Source of the DNA: a virus
Taxonomy: Duplodnaviria > Caudoviricetes
IMG/VR virus record: IMGVR_UViG_3300012667_000552
Location: 1-38,396 of that record
Direction: 5' to 3' (one strand)
Length of the DNA: 38,396 nt
The notes under the pieces are model-generated. The model did not search any database, was not told the DNA's origin, and saw only the letters and a program-made list of their open reading frames with translations. A program made the translations under genes and the position numbers. Shown here one piece after another: positions 16,642 to 25,706 of the stretch. How positions within the stretch are numbered: the stretch's first letter is position 1; every line of letters begins with the position of its first letter.

Positions 16642-18468
16642 TTATACGAACCAAATAACAGAAACGTCCCCATCTTCTGAAGCCGTTGTAGCAATTGCCT
16701 TGAACGTGCCCGCAGGAATCTCGGAAGTAGATTGACCAATTCCAAGGTAAAATCCGCTAGAAGAAGAAGGAGTTTCTGAAGAAGCAACGAATCTTATAGC
16801 ACCGTTAGCGTTAAGAGAGTTTTGAATAACCATTCTCTTGGCACCAGTCGGAGCAGTAAATGTAACCGCAGAAGCACTTGTTACTGTCTGAGTGCTAGAG
16901 CTATTTAACTCTGGTGAAGTATTTAGCTCGATAGAATCAAGTTTAGTATTCGTGCTTCCAATAGCTGTAATGATTGAATCTAGTTTAGCATCTGTAGCCG
17001 CACCTGAAGGAAGAGGCAGAGAAGCCGCACTAACCGGAACAGTTTGGTCGTTAGCAATAACTATTCTCTGAGTAGTAGCATCTGTAGCCCCTGCTCCAAA
17101 GCTAACTGGAAGAGTAGCAACGTCCACGTCACCAATGTTATTATTCCCCGCCGGAATAGACGGTAAGCTTAATACGTCTACGTCACCGATATTGTTTGTT
17201 CCCGCTGGAAGTGAAGGCAAGCTCAACACATCTACGTCACCAATATTGTTTGTTCCCGCAGCAAGTGAAGCCTCAACGGTTAAAGCACCAGAAGGATTAA
17301 CTTTAACGTCAACGTAACCTCCCCCGCCTCCAGTAGTTTTCCCAATGATTAAGTTTTTACCGAGTTCTGCAAACATCCCGCCAGAAACGGTTTGATCTAA
17401 AGTGTATAGAGATTGTTTAACGGCGTTTAATTTAAAGATTGTTAGAAGTCTAAAGTGCCCTTGAGCTGTAGCTCCATTGGTATAAACAACCCTAGCATAT
17501 CTAAATTCGCAGTTGAAAATATATCCAACACCACTTCCGCCGCTGTAAGTAGTAGAATGAGAGTGATCCCAATTCGTATTGTCGATTGAAAACTCTACCT
17601 TTACACCGTTTGTAGCGGAAGCTACGTCTGATTTCACGCAAACATTAATAGCAGCGTATTTTGTTATTTCAAAAGATTGTCCAGTAAAAGTAGCTCCTGC
17701 TCCTAGCGGAGTAGTTGTGGCATTATCGTAATCAGCGAAACCTGTTTCCAATGTTTTATTATTGATGGCATCTAAAAAGAAATTTCCATCGTCGTCGGCT
17801 ACGGCAAGAGATCTAACTGTATTTGTGTTTGAACTATAAGATCCAATTAAGTTCCCAGAACCGTCACCTAGAGCAACGCTATCGTCTGAGTCGTCCAGGT
17901 TTACATCAATCTGAGAAGCTGTGATTGATATATCCCCAGAAAAATCGATTAGTTTAACTGGAAGAGGAGCATTGTTTGAAGGATCAACTGTATCCTCTGT
18001 AACACTTACAGCGGAACCGTCTTGAATAAATTGAACCGGAGAGTTTGCCATGGCGGCAAGAGCAACCCCTGTAGAGTCCATTCTCTGAGTTACCGGACGA
18101 AGAATAGAGATTGTGTCCCCAGCTACAAGTGGAGCCGAAAGAACAGAGCCAAGTTCAAAGAAATTAGCGTCTACAATTTTATCAATATGAACTTCAAATT
18201 CGTTGATTGAATTAGTCGAACTAAGGATTCGGCAAACGTCACCAACTTTAGCTGAGTGGCCAGTAACTTTAACCAGGTAATCATTAGAACCTGACTGTAC
18301 TGCAACCGATGAAGTTACTTCATATATTCCTGCGGGGATAACGTCTAGGGCGCGACGGTTTGAACCAGTCGGTTGACCTGTAACGTACATCTCGTTTCTT
18401 AGATCTTTGTCGTTTGAGTTCGGCTTCTGAAGCTTGCCGTAAGCTGATCTTGTGGTAATGCCTGACAT
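16642..18468 (-). CDS. Tail fibre/spike-like protein
   Basis: S/T/G/A-rich, with 18-aa repeats AGTNNIGDVDV; follows the ejection proteins. Confidence 0.75.
   Translation of the reverse strand: MSGITTRSAYGKLQKPNSNDKDLRNEMYVTGQPTGSNRRALDVIPAGIYEVTSSVAVQSGSNDYLVKVTGHSAKVGDVCRILSSTNSINEFEVHIDKIVDANFFELGSVLSAPLVAGDTISILRPVTQRMDSTGVALAAMANSPVQFIQDGSAVSVTEDTVDPSNNAPLPVKLIDFSGDISITASQIDVNLDDSDDSVALGDGSGNLIGSYSSNTNTVRSLAVADDDGNFFLDAINNKTLETGFADYDNATTTPLGAGATFTGQSFEITKYAAINVCVKSDVASATNGVKVEFSIDNTNWDHSHSTTYSGGSGVGYIFNCEFRYARVVYTNGATAQGHFRLLTIFKLNAVKQSLYTLDQTVSGGMFAELGKNLIIGKTTGGGGGYVDVKVNPSGALTVEASLAAGTNNIGDVDVLSLPSLPAGTNNIGDVDVLSLPSIPAGNNNIGDVDVATLPVSFGAGATDATTQRIVIANDQTVPVSAASLPLPSGAATDAKLDSIITAIGSTNTKLDSIELNTSPELNSSSTQTVTSASAVTFTAPTGAKRMVIQNSLNANGAIRFVASSETPSSSSGFYLGIGQSTSEIPAGTFKAIATTASEDGDVSVIWFV
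17110..17270 (-). repeat. Three tandem 54-bp coding repeats
   Basis: ACGTCACCRAT units at about 17126, 17180 and 17234. Confidence 0.85.
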
Positions 18469-18469
18469 G

Positions 18470-18519
18470 AATCCCTCCAGTCCTATGGCCTTCTTAGGTA
18501 CTTATAGTTTGGAGGGATT
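18470..18519 (-). promoter_or_regulatory. Hairpin sequestering the fibre gene SD
   Basis: AATCCCTCCA/TGGAGGGATT 10-bp inverted repeat containing the GGAGGG SD. Confidence 0.6.
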
Positions 18520-18534
18520 TAAACGAATTGTAAA

Positions 18535-21018
18535 CTATTCAATTATAGCTTCTTGCCTCCAAAGTAATCCTTCATTTTCCTTACGTCTTTGTTCCATTCT
18601 GCGCTTGTGACCTGGACGAAGTTCTTCTTTAAAATCATCCATAATTGTATAGTGGAGTGCCGACTTCAAGTACCAAAGGTTTGAGCCTGGAAGAAGAGAG
18701 CCTACTTCGGTTAAATCTTTCAGTTCGGCTTCCCCTTTAATTGTTTTTCTAGCAGTTCCTAGCAAGGTGTCCGCCTTGGATGCTATTGGACCAGCTACAA
18801 ATCCAGTAAAGAAATCTGAGTTTCCTCCGTAAGATTGGCCAAACATTGCGTCAAACATAATTGATCCTGCACCTGATCTTAATATAGAGTTTCTAATTGT
18901 GTCGGTAGAAGTTGGATCTGGAGGGGTTTCGTTTTTAGAAATTGATCTAAGGGATTCTGCTACATACCCCATAGTTGAAAGACCTAAAAACATCCCAGAT
19001 AAATGAGCTATATTTGGTTTTCTGTTTGGGTTTGCTAGGTAAACTCTTTGCATGATATTAGCTTGCTTAACTGTAAAAGATTTAAGCATGGCAAAACTTC
19101 TAATTAATTCTCCTTGAACAGTTCCTTTACTTGATCCCATCATAAGGACTTTACGCTCTCTTAAACCTGGATTAGGTGCGGCCATATTGGAAAATTCGTT
19201 ATAGTAGGAATCTAGCCTTTTTTCTAAATATGCTCTATACTGTGCCGGTGTTCTTGGCTCAAAAGCAGGGTTAAGTGCTTTGTGGTCGGCTATAATCTTG
19301 TTGGCCAATTCATCAGAAATAAGATCGGATGAAATAGAGTTTACTGTAAACTCTCCATCTTTTAGTGGTTTTCTCATGGCTTTCATGGCATCCCAATCTG
19401 TCTCTTTAATGCCAGCTTTTAATAAAGCATTAGAGGCGAAAGGGTCCATGTCTTTCCATGCTCCTCCGGTCCATTGCCCAAGCTTCATAGAAAGAAGACT
19501 TGTAAAGGCAACACGGTGAAACCTTGCTTGTTGTTGTAATGGGTTTATTTTTGAGTACAAATGATTAAGTTTATTAATACCTTTAGTTATAGGTCCAGTC
19601 GAGCCTTCCACTCTTAAAATGTTTCCAAGAGCCGATTCAATAGCAATTGATAACTGAGAAGCTGATTGTCTTTGAGTTTCAGGCGGAAGAGACTTGATTA
19701 AACTTTGAGCAGATTCTCCTACAAGTTTAAAATAATTTTCTCCAGTATAAACTTGTAGTGCTGTAATACCTGTAGCTAAATCGGTAACTGCTGAAAAGGC
19801 GGCTCCGCCTAACGCAGACATAGAAGTAAGAGATCTGAGATTGCTTCCAGCATCAGCTAGTTGTTGTTTCCCTACAATGTTATTGGCATTGGTTATTTCT
19901 TTAAAATAATTATTAAAATCTGATCCAGCTTCTTTAATAGAATCTATTTCTTTTTGTGCTTTAATGTAAGCCGGATCACTAGGTATTAATCCTTTCTGCT
20001 CTTTTTTAAGATTTCTTATTGTTTTTTGCACCAATGTAGCAAACTCTGTTTGTGCCCCTGGCCCCAATATTTCAAACATTGATACATCTCTAGCTACTTT
20101 TGCAGATTCGGCAAGCATAGACTCAATAAGAGATTTATCTGAAAATTCTGAAAACATATCAGCCAAGCCTTCAGCAGTATAAAAAAGCGTTCTGGGTTTA
20201 GTGTATTTTTTAGGAATAGATTTTTTTATTCTTTCTTTTGGAAGGTTTGAAAAATCAACTGCTTCTGCGTCGTCTGATCTTTCGATAAACCCATCAAAAA
20301 CATCTTCAAGATATTTCTTTCTAGCTTCTAGTGTTTCAATGTTTGGAAATGTTTTTTCTAAATCTAATCTGCTATAAACATATTCTGTCCAAGCCTCTTT
20401 ACCCATAGTTATCATTTTATCTACGTTATAAAGATCTCGCTGGTTAAAGGCATAATCTTTAATAAAATTTTCTTGGATGCCTACATCAATTTTATCTTTG
20501 TGAAGCATATTTAAAAGCTTCTTAAAAACTTCTGCTGCTTTGGCTGCTTGGGGATCTCCAAGTTTTCCGTCGGAAACAATTTGCATGACAATATCTTTAT
20601 CTAATTGCCTTGACGCTAATATCTTAAATTCTGCATCAGTAAAAGCTTGATCCATTACAGTTTGATATTTTATGTTCCTAGTGTTCATTACTGATTCAAC
20701 GGTTAAACTAGAATCAGCAAAGTTGTAATTGGAAGAACGAAGAAGAGTTAAAAGACCTTCAACTTTATCGGGAGCTGCCATTATACGCTTAACATTATTC
20801 GATCTTTTTTGAAGCTGAATTACAGAATAATAATCATTTATTATTCTTTCTTCTCCTGTGTCTCTAATGTATTTATCTAATGATTTACGAAAACCGTTTG
20901 GTGTCCTAGAGTTTTGATTAATGTCTTCAATATCTTTAATCATTTCATCGAGAATTTCTCTATTCTCTTCAGCTATTGTTTTATATTTTTCTTTAACAAG
21001 TAGTGAACATTTAGACAT
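18535..21018 (-). CDS. Internal virion (ejection) protein
   Basis: Large helical protein; GTVQGE..SF..KSF and C-terminal GP..LPGSNLWY patterns typical of podovirus ejection proteins; synteny. Confidence 0.8.
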   Translation of the reverse strand: MSKCSLLVKEKYKTIAEENREILDEMIKDIEDINQNSRTPNGFRKSLDKYIRDTGEERIINDYYSVIQLQKRSNNVKRIMAAPDKVEGLLTLLRSSNYNFADSSLTVESVMNTRNIKYQTVMDQAFTDAEFKILASRQLDKDIVMQIVSDGKLGDPQAAKAAEVFKKLLNMLHKDKIDVGIQENFIKDYAFNQRDLYNVDKMITMGKEAWTEYVYSRLDLEKTFPNIETLEARKKYLEDVFDGFIERSDDAEAVDFSNLPKERIKKSIPKKYTKPRTLFYTAEGLADMFSEFSDKSLIESMLAESAKVARDVSMFEILGPGAQTEFATLVQKTIRNLKKEQKGLIPSDPAYIKAQKEIDSIKEAGSDFNNYFKEITNANNIVGKQQLADAGSNLRSLTSMSALGGAAFSAVTDLATGITALQVYTGENYFKLVGESAQSLIKSLPPETQRQSASQLSIAIESALGNILRVEGSTGPITKGINKLNHLYSKINPLQQQARFHRVAFTSLLSMKLGQWTGGAWKDMDPFASNALLKAGIKETDWDAMKAMRKPLKDGEFTVNSISSDLISDELANKIIADHKALNPAFEPRTPAQYRAYLEKRLDSYYNEFSNMAAPNPGLRERKVLMMGSSKGTVQGELIRSFAMLKSFTVKQANIMQRVYLANPNRKPNIAHLSGMFLGLSTMGYVAESLRSISKNETPPDPTSTDTIRNSILRSGAGSIMFDAMFGQSYGGNSDFFTGFVAGPIASKADTLLGTARKTIKGEAELKDLTEVGSLLPGSNLWYLKSALHYTIMDDFKEELRPGHKRRMEQRRKENEGLLWRQEAIIE

Positions 21019-22703
21019 TAGTCGGCTCCAGATATAATACAGTTTGCAAAGTCTTGTGCAGCATCTAATACAGATTCGGTAGTTTTTCTATCTTCTTTTA
21101 TTTTCTTTAAAATTGCTAAATCTTCAGGATCATCAATTAACCCTAATTTTTCCATATCTTCCAAAGTTTTAATTGTATCGTCTACGGCCAATTTTCTTTC
21201 TTCTGGGCTTATATCCTTTGGGTTTGGTAATTCATCATATTCTTTTTGTGCTGCTTTATCGTATTCAAAAACATTGTTGTCGGCTTGTTTGGCTTGTTGT
21301 TCTAGTTTAACCTTGTCGGGCATCGGAGCATTGGCGGTATCAGCATCAAATCTTCCAAGCTCTTTAGATTTACCAAAAGAAACAGGGTAAACAAAAAGAC
21401 CATTATGACCGTTAGCTTCATCTGTAAATTTTAACCCATCTGCGCCTTTGTTGTTTACTTCTCGCATAAACAATTCAAAATCAGCATCTTCTAAAATGCC
21501 TTCATCAATAGCATTGCGAAGATAAGTTTGTGCGTCTTTAATTGTATCTACTTCATAAAGAATATCTGAAATTTGTTTAGGTAAATCTAAAGATTCAATA
21601 AACGCTCTGTCTGGAATGTCGGCATCTTTAATGTTTAAATCTTTAACATCCATTTCAATTACGTTTGATGAAACGCCTTCCAGCGGATGAGTCGCCATGT
21701 TGTTAGCATAGCTTGGATTGTCGGTCATATAGTAACCGTCGCCCATGTAGTCCCCGATTACTCTCGATCCGCCTTCGGCGTAGTTTGCTTGAGTAGGAGA
21801 AAAATAAACTGGATTTATTTTGATAGTATCAGCATTTGCTTGAGAAAAAGAATAGTTTGCACGAACACTTCCCTCGGCAGCGGGAGCAATTTTAAACATT
21901 AATTCTTTATGCTGACTTGCAATTATTTCTGGAGAAGGGATTTTCCCATCATTAAATTGACCAATAGAAGTTTTAATACCTAACCCAAAAGAGTCTGGAG
22001 AGATCTTTTTTAAAGCATTAAACCCTACTTTTGCGCTATGAATAGCTACTGGAGCAGCGAGACCTCCGCCTACAATAGATATAAAAGCATCCTCCATGGT
22101 ATAATCTACTTGTGCTTCTTGAGAGTAATTATACATGGCTGGCTCTAGTGCAGCGTTACCAATAATGCCTTCAGCAGCTTCCGCGGCAAAGCCGCCTTTA
22201 GATAAAATCTGCCCTGTTTTAATAGCTGATTGACCAAACTTTCCGGCAGCAGCTAACGCTCCAATACCGCTTAATGCCATCCCGGCAAAAGCACCAACAC
22301 CAAATTCTACCGGATCAAGAGCGTGGGCTACAACACCCGCACCAAGATTCATGGCTCCTTTATAAAAACTTCCCCCTGGACCTTGTGCTATTTTTTCTTG
22401 AAGAAGTTTTCTTTTTTTTCCTTCTTCATTTAGGTGAAATGCGACGGCTTCATTTATGGGTTGTGAGAATGGTTTTTCTACATCCATGTAAAGTTTGTTA
22501 GCTTCATCTGGAGTTAAAACTTTAGAAGTGGTTTTAGCAAGTTCGTCTAATGATCCTGATATTCCAAAAGTATCAATACCGGAACGAGCTACGTTTGAGA
22601 CAAAGGTATCCATCATGGCAAGATCATAAGCAGCACTAAATGTGCCTATGTCTGGTCCTGTGTCTTCTGTAAATTCTTGTTCAATAGGAAGACCGAATGA
22701 CAT
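21018..22703 (-). CDS. Internal virion (ejection) protein with ART-like insert
   Basis: Gly/Ala-rich membrane-like segment; GDGYYMTDNPSYA..GADGL region; synteny. Confidence 0.7.
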   Translation of the reverse strand: MSFGLPIEQEFTEDTGPDIGTFSAAYDLAMMDTFVSNVARSGIDTFGISGSLDELAKTTSKVLTPDEANKLYMDVEKPFSQPINEAVAFHLNEEGKKRKLLQEKIAQGPGGSFYKGAMNLGAGVVAHALDPVEFGVGAFAGMALSGIGALAAAGKFGQSAIKTGQILSKGGFAAEAAEGIIGNAALEPAMYNYSQEAQVDYTMEDAFISIVGGGLAAPVAIHSAKVGFNALKKISPDSFGLGIKTSIGQFNDGKIPSPEIIASQHKELMFKIAPAAEGSVRANYSFSQANADTIKINPVYFSPTQANYAEGGSRVIGDYMGDGYYMTDNPSYANNMATHPLEGVSSNVIEMDVKDLNIKDADIPDRAFIESLDLPKQISDILYEVDTIKDAQTYLRNAIDEGILEDADFELFMREVNNKGADGLKFTDEANGHNGLFVYPVSFGKSKELGRFDADTANAPMPDKVKLEQQAKQADNNVFEYDKAAQKEYDELPNPKDISPEERKLAVDDTIKTLEDMEKLGLIDDPEDLAILKKIKEDRKTTESVLDAAQDFANCIISGAD

Positions 22704-24823
22704 TAGAAGCCTTCTTTGTAATTATATCTTGGTTTATTAACCTTAAGCATATCATCAAACGATACTTCTATCGGTTTGCCTTTGTCGTCTAAAACTTGAG
22801 CATAACTACCGTTAGCTGTCTTCTTTGCAAGACGTACGCCATTTTGAGAGTTATTAGTAAGCCATACCCCATTTTTTTGAAGATCAGAATAATACTGAGA
22901 AAGTTCCTGCCCTTCTCTGCCAAGTATTGCCATTTGATATTTGTACGATTTTGGTACAGATACTTTTAGATTTCTAATACTTTTTTCTGATAAAGTGTCA
23001 GACATAAAATCTTGTATTTTAGATTTATGAGGAAGGTAATCTTTTGTTAAAACAACAGAACTATTTTTGGAATTAGCTACTCCAAAATTACCTTTAACTA
23101 CTTTATCAATGGCAATTTGTTTAGATTCTTTCTCATCCTTTCCGTCTGCTCTAGCTGCTTTATATTCAAGTTCTACTAACGAATCAATTCCATTGTTTAA
23201 CCATAGTCTTGATTTGCTTGGGTCATTTATTGATAAAGTATTTTTTAATTCCATAATTGTATCATCATTAAACACTTCATTTATTTCTGATTTTTTACCT
23301 ATCTTACTAAAAGACTCATCAATTTCTTTTTTCTTTGAAATGTTAATTAAGCTTGATTTTCTAGCTGCTTCATCGGGGAGATACATAGACATTGCGTGTT
23401 CTGGTTGTATTGCTTTGTTTGCTATTAGTTCCGTTACTACGTTACCAAAATCATTTCCATATCCAGCTTTGAGATTGTTAAAAGCTGCGTTAGCTGTATC
23501 GGCATTAGGAGAAGTTAAAACGGTTCCGTAAGTTTTAGACAAGTTTGGATCTAAAACTTTTACATTTGTAACTCCGTCAAGTTTTTGCCTTTCTTTGACA
23601 CGAATAGAGTATTGTTTCATGGCTTCAGTATTTGAAATATCCCCAGCTTGTTTAGAAAGATTTTTTATATCTGGATCTGCTTCAATAGCAAAAGAAGCTC
23701 CGTCAGTAAGTTTTTTATTTAAAATATTTGTAGCTGCTGTTTGGTAAGCTGATGCTAGTTGTTGTCTTGAAGTTAGATTAAAAATATCGCCTTCTTGCCT
23801 CGGTATTTGAAAAGCTGTCATGCTTCTTATCTTGTCTACTGGCATCGTTTTTAAATCTTGCAAAGCTTGATTATACTGTTTGGCTGAGTTTAAATTATCT
23901 AAAACTAAAGCTTTTTCTTCTGGTTTAAGTAGATTGGCTTGAGATGTTATATTGTTAAAAACATCTTCAGGTACTTTCATTCCTTGCATTAATGCTGTAG
24001 AAACATCATTCGCCTGAGTGTTAAAAACTCTTTTAGATAACTCTCCTTCTTGTTCTGCCAGTCTTGAAAATCTGTCCTTATAAGCTTGTATTTGTTTTGG
24101 ATCAGTGTATTCCAAAATTGCTTTACCTTCTTGATCTTGGCCGTTTAAAAATCTTAATCCTGATCCGTACCTTTTAGAGTTTTCAAAACCTTCAAGCAAC
24201 GTGCCAGCGTAGTCGCTTCCTATTTTTCTTTTCATTTCTTTAGCTTGAGTCTCATCGTAGTATAATCCAATACCGTCGTTTACAGCTTTAAGGGAATTGT
24301 TTAAAAAATCAGAAGCTAAAAGAGAGTCTGGTTTTTGTGATAGCACTTGCCTGTTTTTATAAACATCATCTGTTATAAGTCCAGATTGATATATCGCTTT
24401 ATTTTTATTTTCTTTTGCCTGAGCATTTATTCCAATTTGTGTTGAATAAGAATTAAAATCATTTTCCCACATTAACTTTGCATCATCATTTGGAGCTAAA
24501 TCTTTTTGAGAATCATTGTATGATTTTAAAAAGTCATTCATCTCGGAAGCGTATCCAGTTGGATCTCCTGAATATTTTACGTCTAATTCAGTTTCTTTTT
24601 CCGATACAAGTCTGTTTAGTTCATTTTTTCTAGTGTTTATAAATGTGCTAGTGTCTGCCTGTTTTCTCTTTGCCATTAAAGTATCGCCAAGCCCCATCAA
24701 TTGGTTTCCCAATTGTGCCCAGGCTTCATTTGCTATCCCTGCTCTAGCTACCGATGGCCCCTGACCAAGATCAACTGCATTAGTATTTATTGACTGTGTG
24801 TTTAGTTGAGGGATTCTTGGCAT
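22703..24823 (-). CDS. Internal virion (ejection) protein
   Basis: MPRIP N-terminus, helical; synteny. Confidence 0.75.
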   Translation of the reverse strand: MPRIPQLNTQSINTNAVDLGQGPSVARAGIANEAWAQLGNQLMGLGDTLMAKRKQADTSTFINTRKNELNRLVSEKETELDVKYSGDPTGYASEMNDFLKSYNDSQKDLAPNDDAKLMWENDFNSYSTQIGINAQAKENKNKAIYQSGLITDDVYKNRQVLSQKPDSLLASDFLNNSLKAVNDGIGLYYDETQAKEMKRKIGSDYAGTLLEGFENSKRYGSGLRFLNGQDQEGKAILEYTDPKQIQAYKDRFSRLAEQEGELSKRVFNTQANDVSTALMQGMKVPEDVFNNITSQANLLKPEEKALVLDNLNSAKQYNQALQDLKTMPVDKIRSMTAFQIPRQEGDIFNLTSRQQLASAYQTAATNILNKKLTDGASFAIEADPDIKNLSKQAGDISNTEAMKQYSIRVKERQKLDGVTNVKVLDPNLSKTYGTVLTSPNADTANAAFNNLKAGYGNDFGNVVTELIANKAIQPEHAMSMYLPDEAARKSSLINISKKKEIDESFSKIGKKSEINEVFNDDTIMELKNTLSINDPSKSRLWLNNGIDSLVELEYKAARADGKDEKESKQIAIDKVVKGNFGVANSKNSSVVLTKDYLPHKSKIQDFMSDTLSEKSIRNLKVSVPKSYKYQMAILGREGQELSQYYSDLQKNGVWLTNNSQNGVRLAKKTANGSYAQVLDDKGKPIEVSFDDMLKVNKPRYNYKEGF

Positions 24824-24834
24824 ATATTTTCCTG

Positions 24835-25281
24835 TTATTTATTTCTATAATATGAAGCACCGGCAGATAAAAGCGTTCCTGCTGCGCTTAGAGTTCCAGC
24901 TTGCTCGTACTGTCCCGCTTGTGAAGCTGTGAAAGCTGCACCTTTTTCTAGTTGGTTTGCTCTAAACAAAGTATCTCGTTTCATATCTGTAATTTGTTTA
25001 GCTATTTTAGAATTTGTATCTTCCAATGCTATAAGAGTAGCACCTGTACCAAGTTCTACGCCTCCAGCAGCGTAAGCCGCTGTTTGCTGCGCTTTAAATT
25101 CTTCACCTTGTTGCTTAAGATTAATCTCTTCAAGACGCATCCTTTCACGCATCTCTCTAGCTTGCGCACGTTTAAAGGCAGCTTCTTGCCTAGCGGCTCT
25201 AGCTTGTTGTCTTCCTTGTTCGTATTGAGCGTAGGCGGAAACCCCTGCTCCAATGGCCAATACAGCTACTTCGGCCCCCAT
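24835..25281 (-). CDS. Small internal virion protein (T7 gp14-like)
   Basis: Ala/Gly/Gln-rich; hydrophobic termini; AAYAAGGV motif. Confidence 0.78.
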   Translation of the reverse strand: MGAEVAVLAIGAGVSAYAQYEQGRQQARAARQEAAFKRAQAREMRERMRLEEINLKQQGEEFKAQQTAAYAAGGVELGTGATLIALEDTNSKIAKQITDMKRDTLFRANQLEKGAAFTASQAGQYEQAGTLSAAGTLLSAGASYYRNK

Positions 25282-25706
25282 TATTTCCTCACCTTGATAA
25301 ACATATAATGATCTAATCCTCTATGGTATTTTTTAACTATACTTTCAAATTCAAACCCAATTGCCTTAGCCCATTTACAGTTATCATCGCTAACTGCAAT
25401 TTGAATCCTATGAGCAGAATGACATTCAAATAACCAGTCAGTAAAATCTTTTACTGATCTTACTGTATCTTTTGCATACTTTTTAATATCTTTACAAGGA
25501 ATTAACCAGGCTTCCCAAACGCCTTCAGAAATAAAACTAAGGCCACAAATAAAAATTGTTTTTGAGTCTTTTGTAAAACTCATAATTTGTCTTATTTCAG
25601 GATAGTTTAAAGCAGATTCAATTATGGATTTAGAATCAAATCCTACATCTTTAGGGTCAAAATTTTTTAAATGCTCTATTTTAAAAGGCTCTGCTTTAAA
25701 CGTCAT
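25281..25706 (-). CDS. GNAT-fold virion assembly protein (T7 gp13-like position)
   Basis: GVWEAW..HRIQ..WAKAIGFEFE pattern; follows the nozzle gene. Confidence 0.7.
   Translation of the reverse strand: MTFKAEPFKIEHLKNFDPKDVGFDSKSIIESALNYPEIRQIMSFTKDSKTIFICGLSFISEGVWEAWLIPCKDIKKYAKDTVRSVKDFTDWLFECHSAHRIQIAVSDDNCKWAKAIGFEFESIVKKYHRGLDHYMFIKVRK

Noticed and set aside
14386-18468. Diversity-generating retroelement or invertible fibre cassette
   Set aside because: No reverse transcriptase, template/variable repeat pair or inverted fibre segment was seen, and the resolvase is far away
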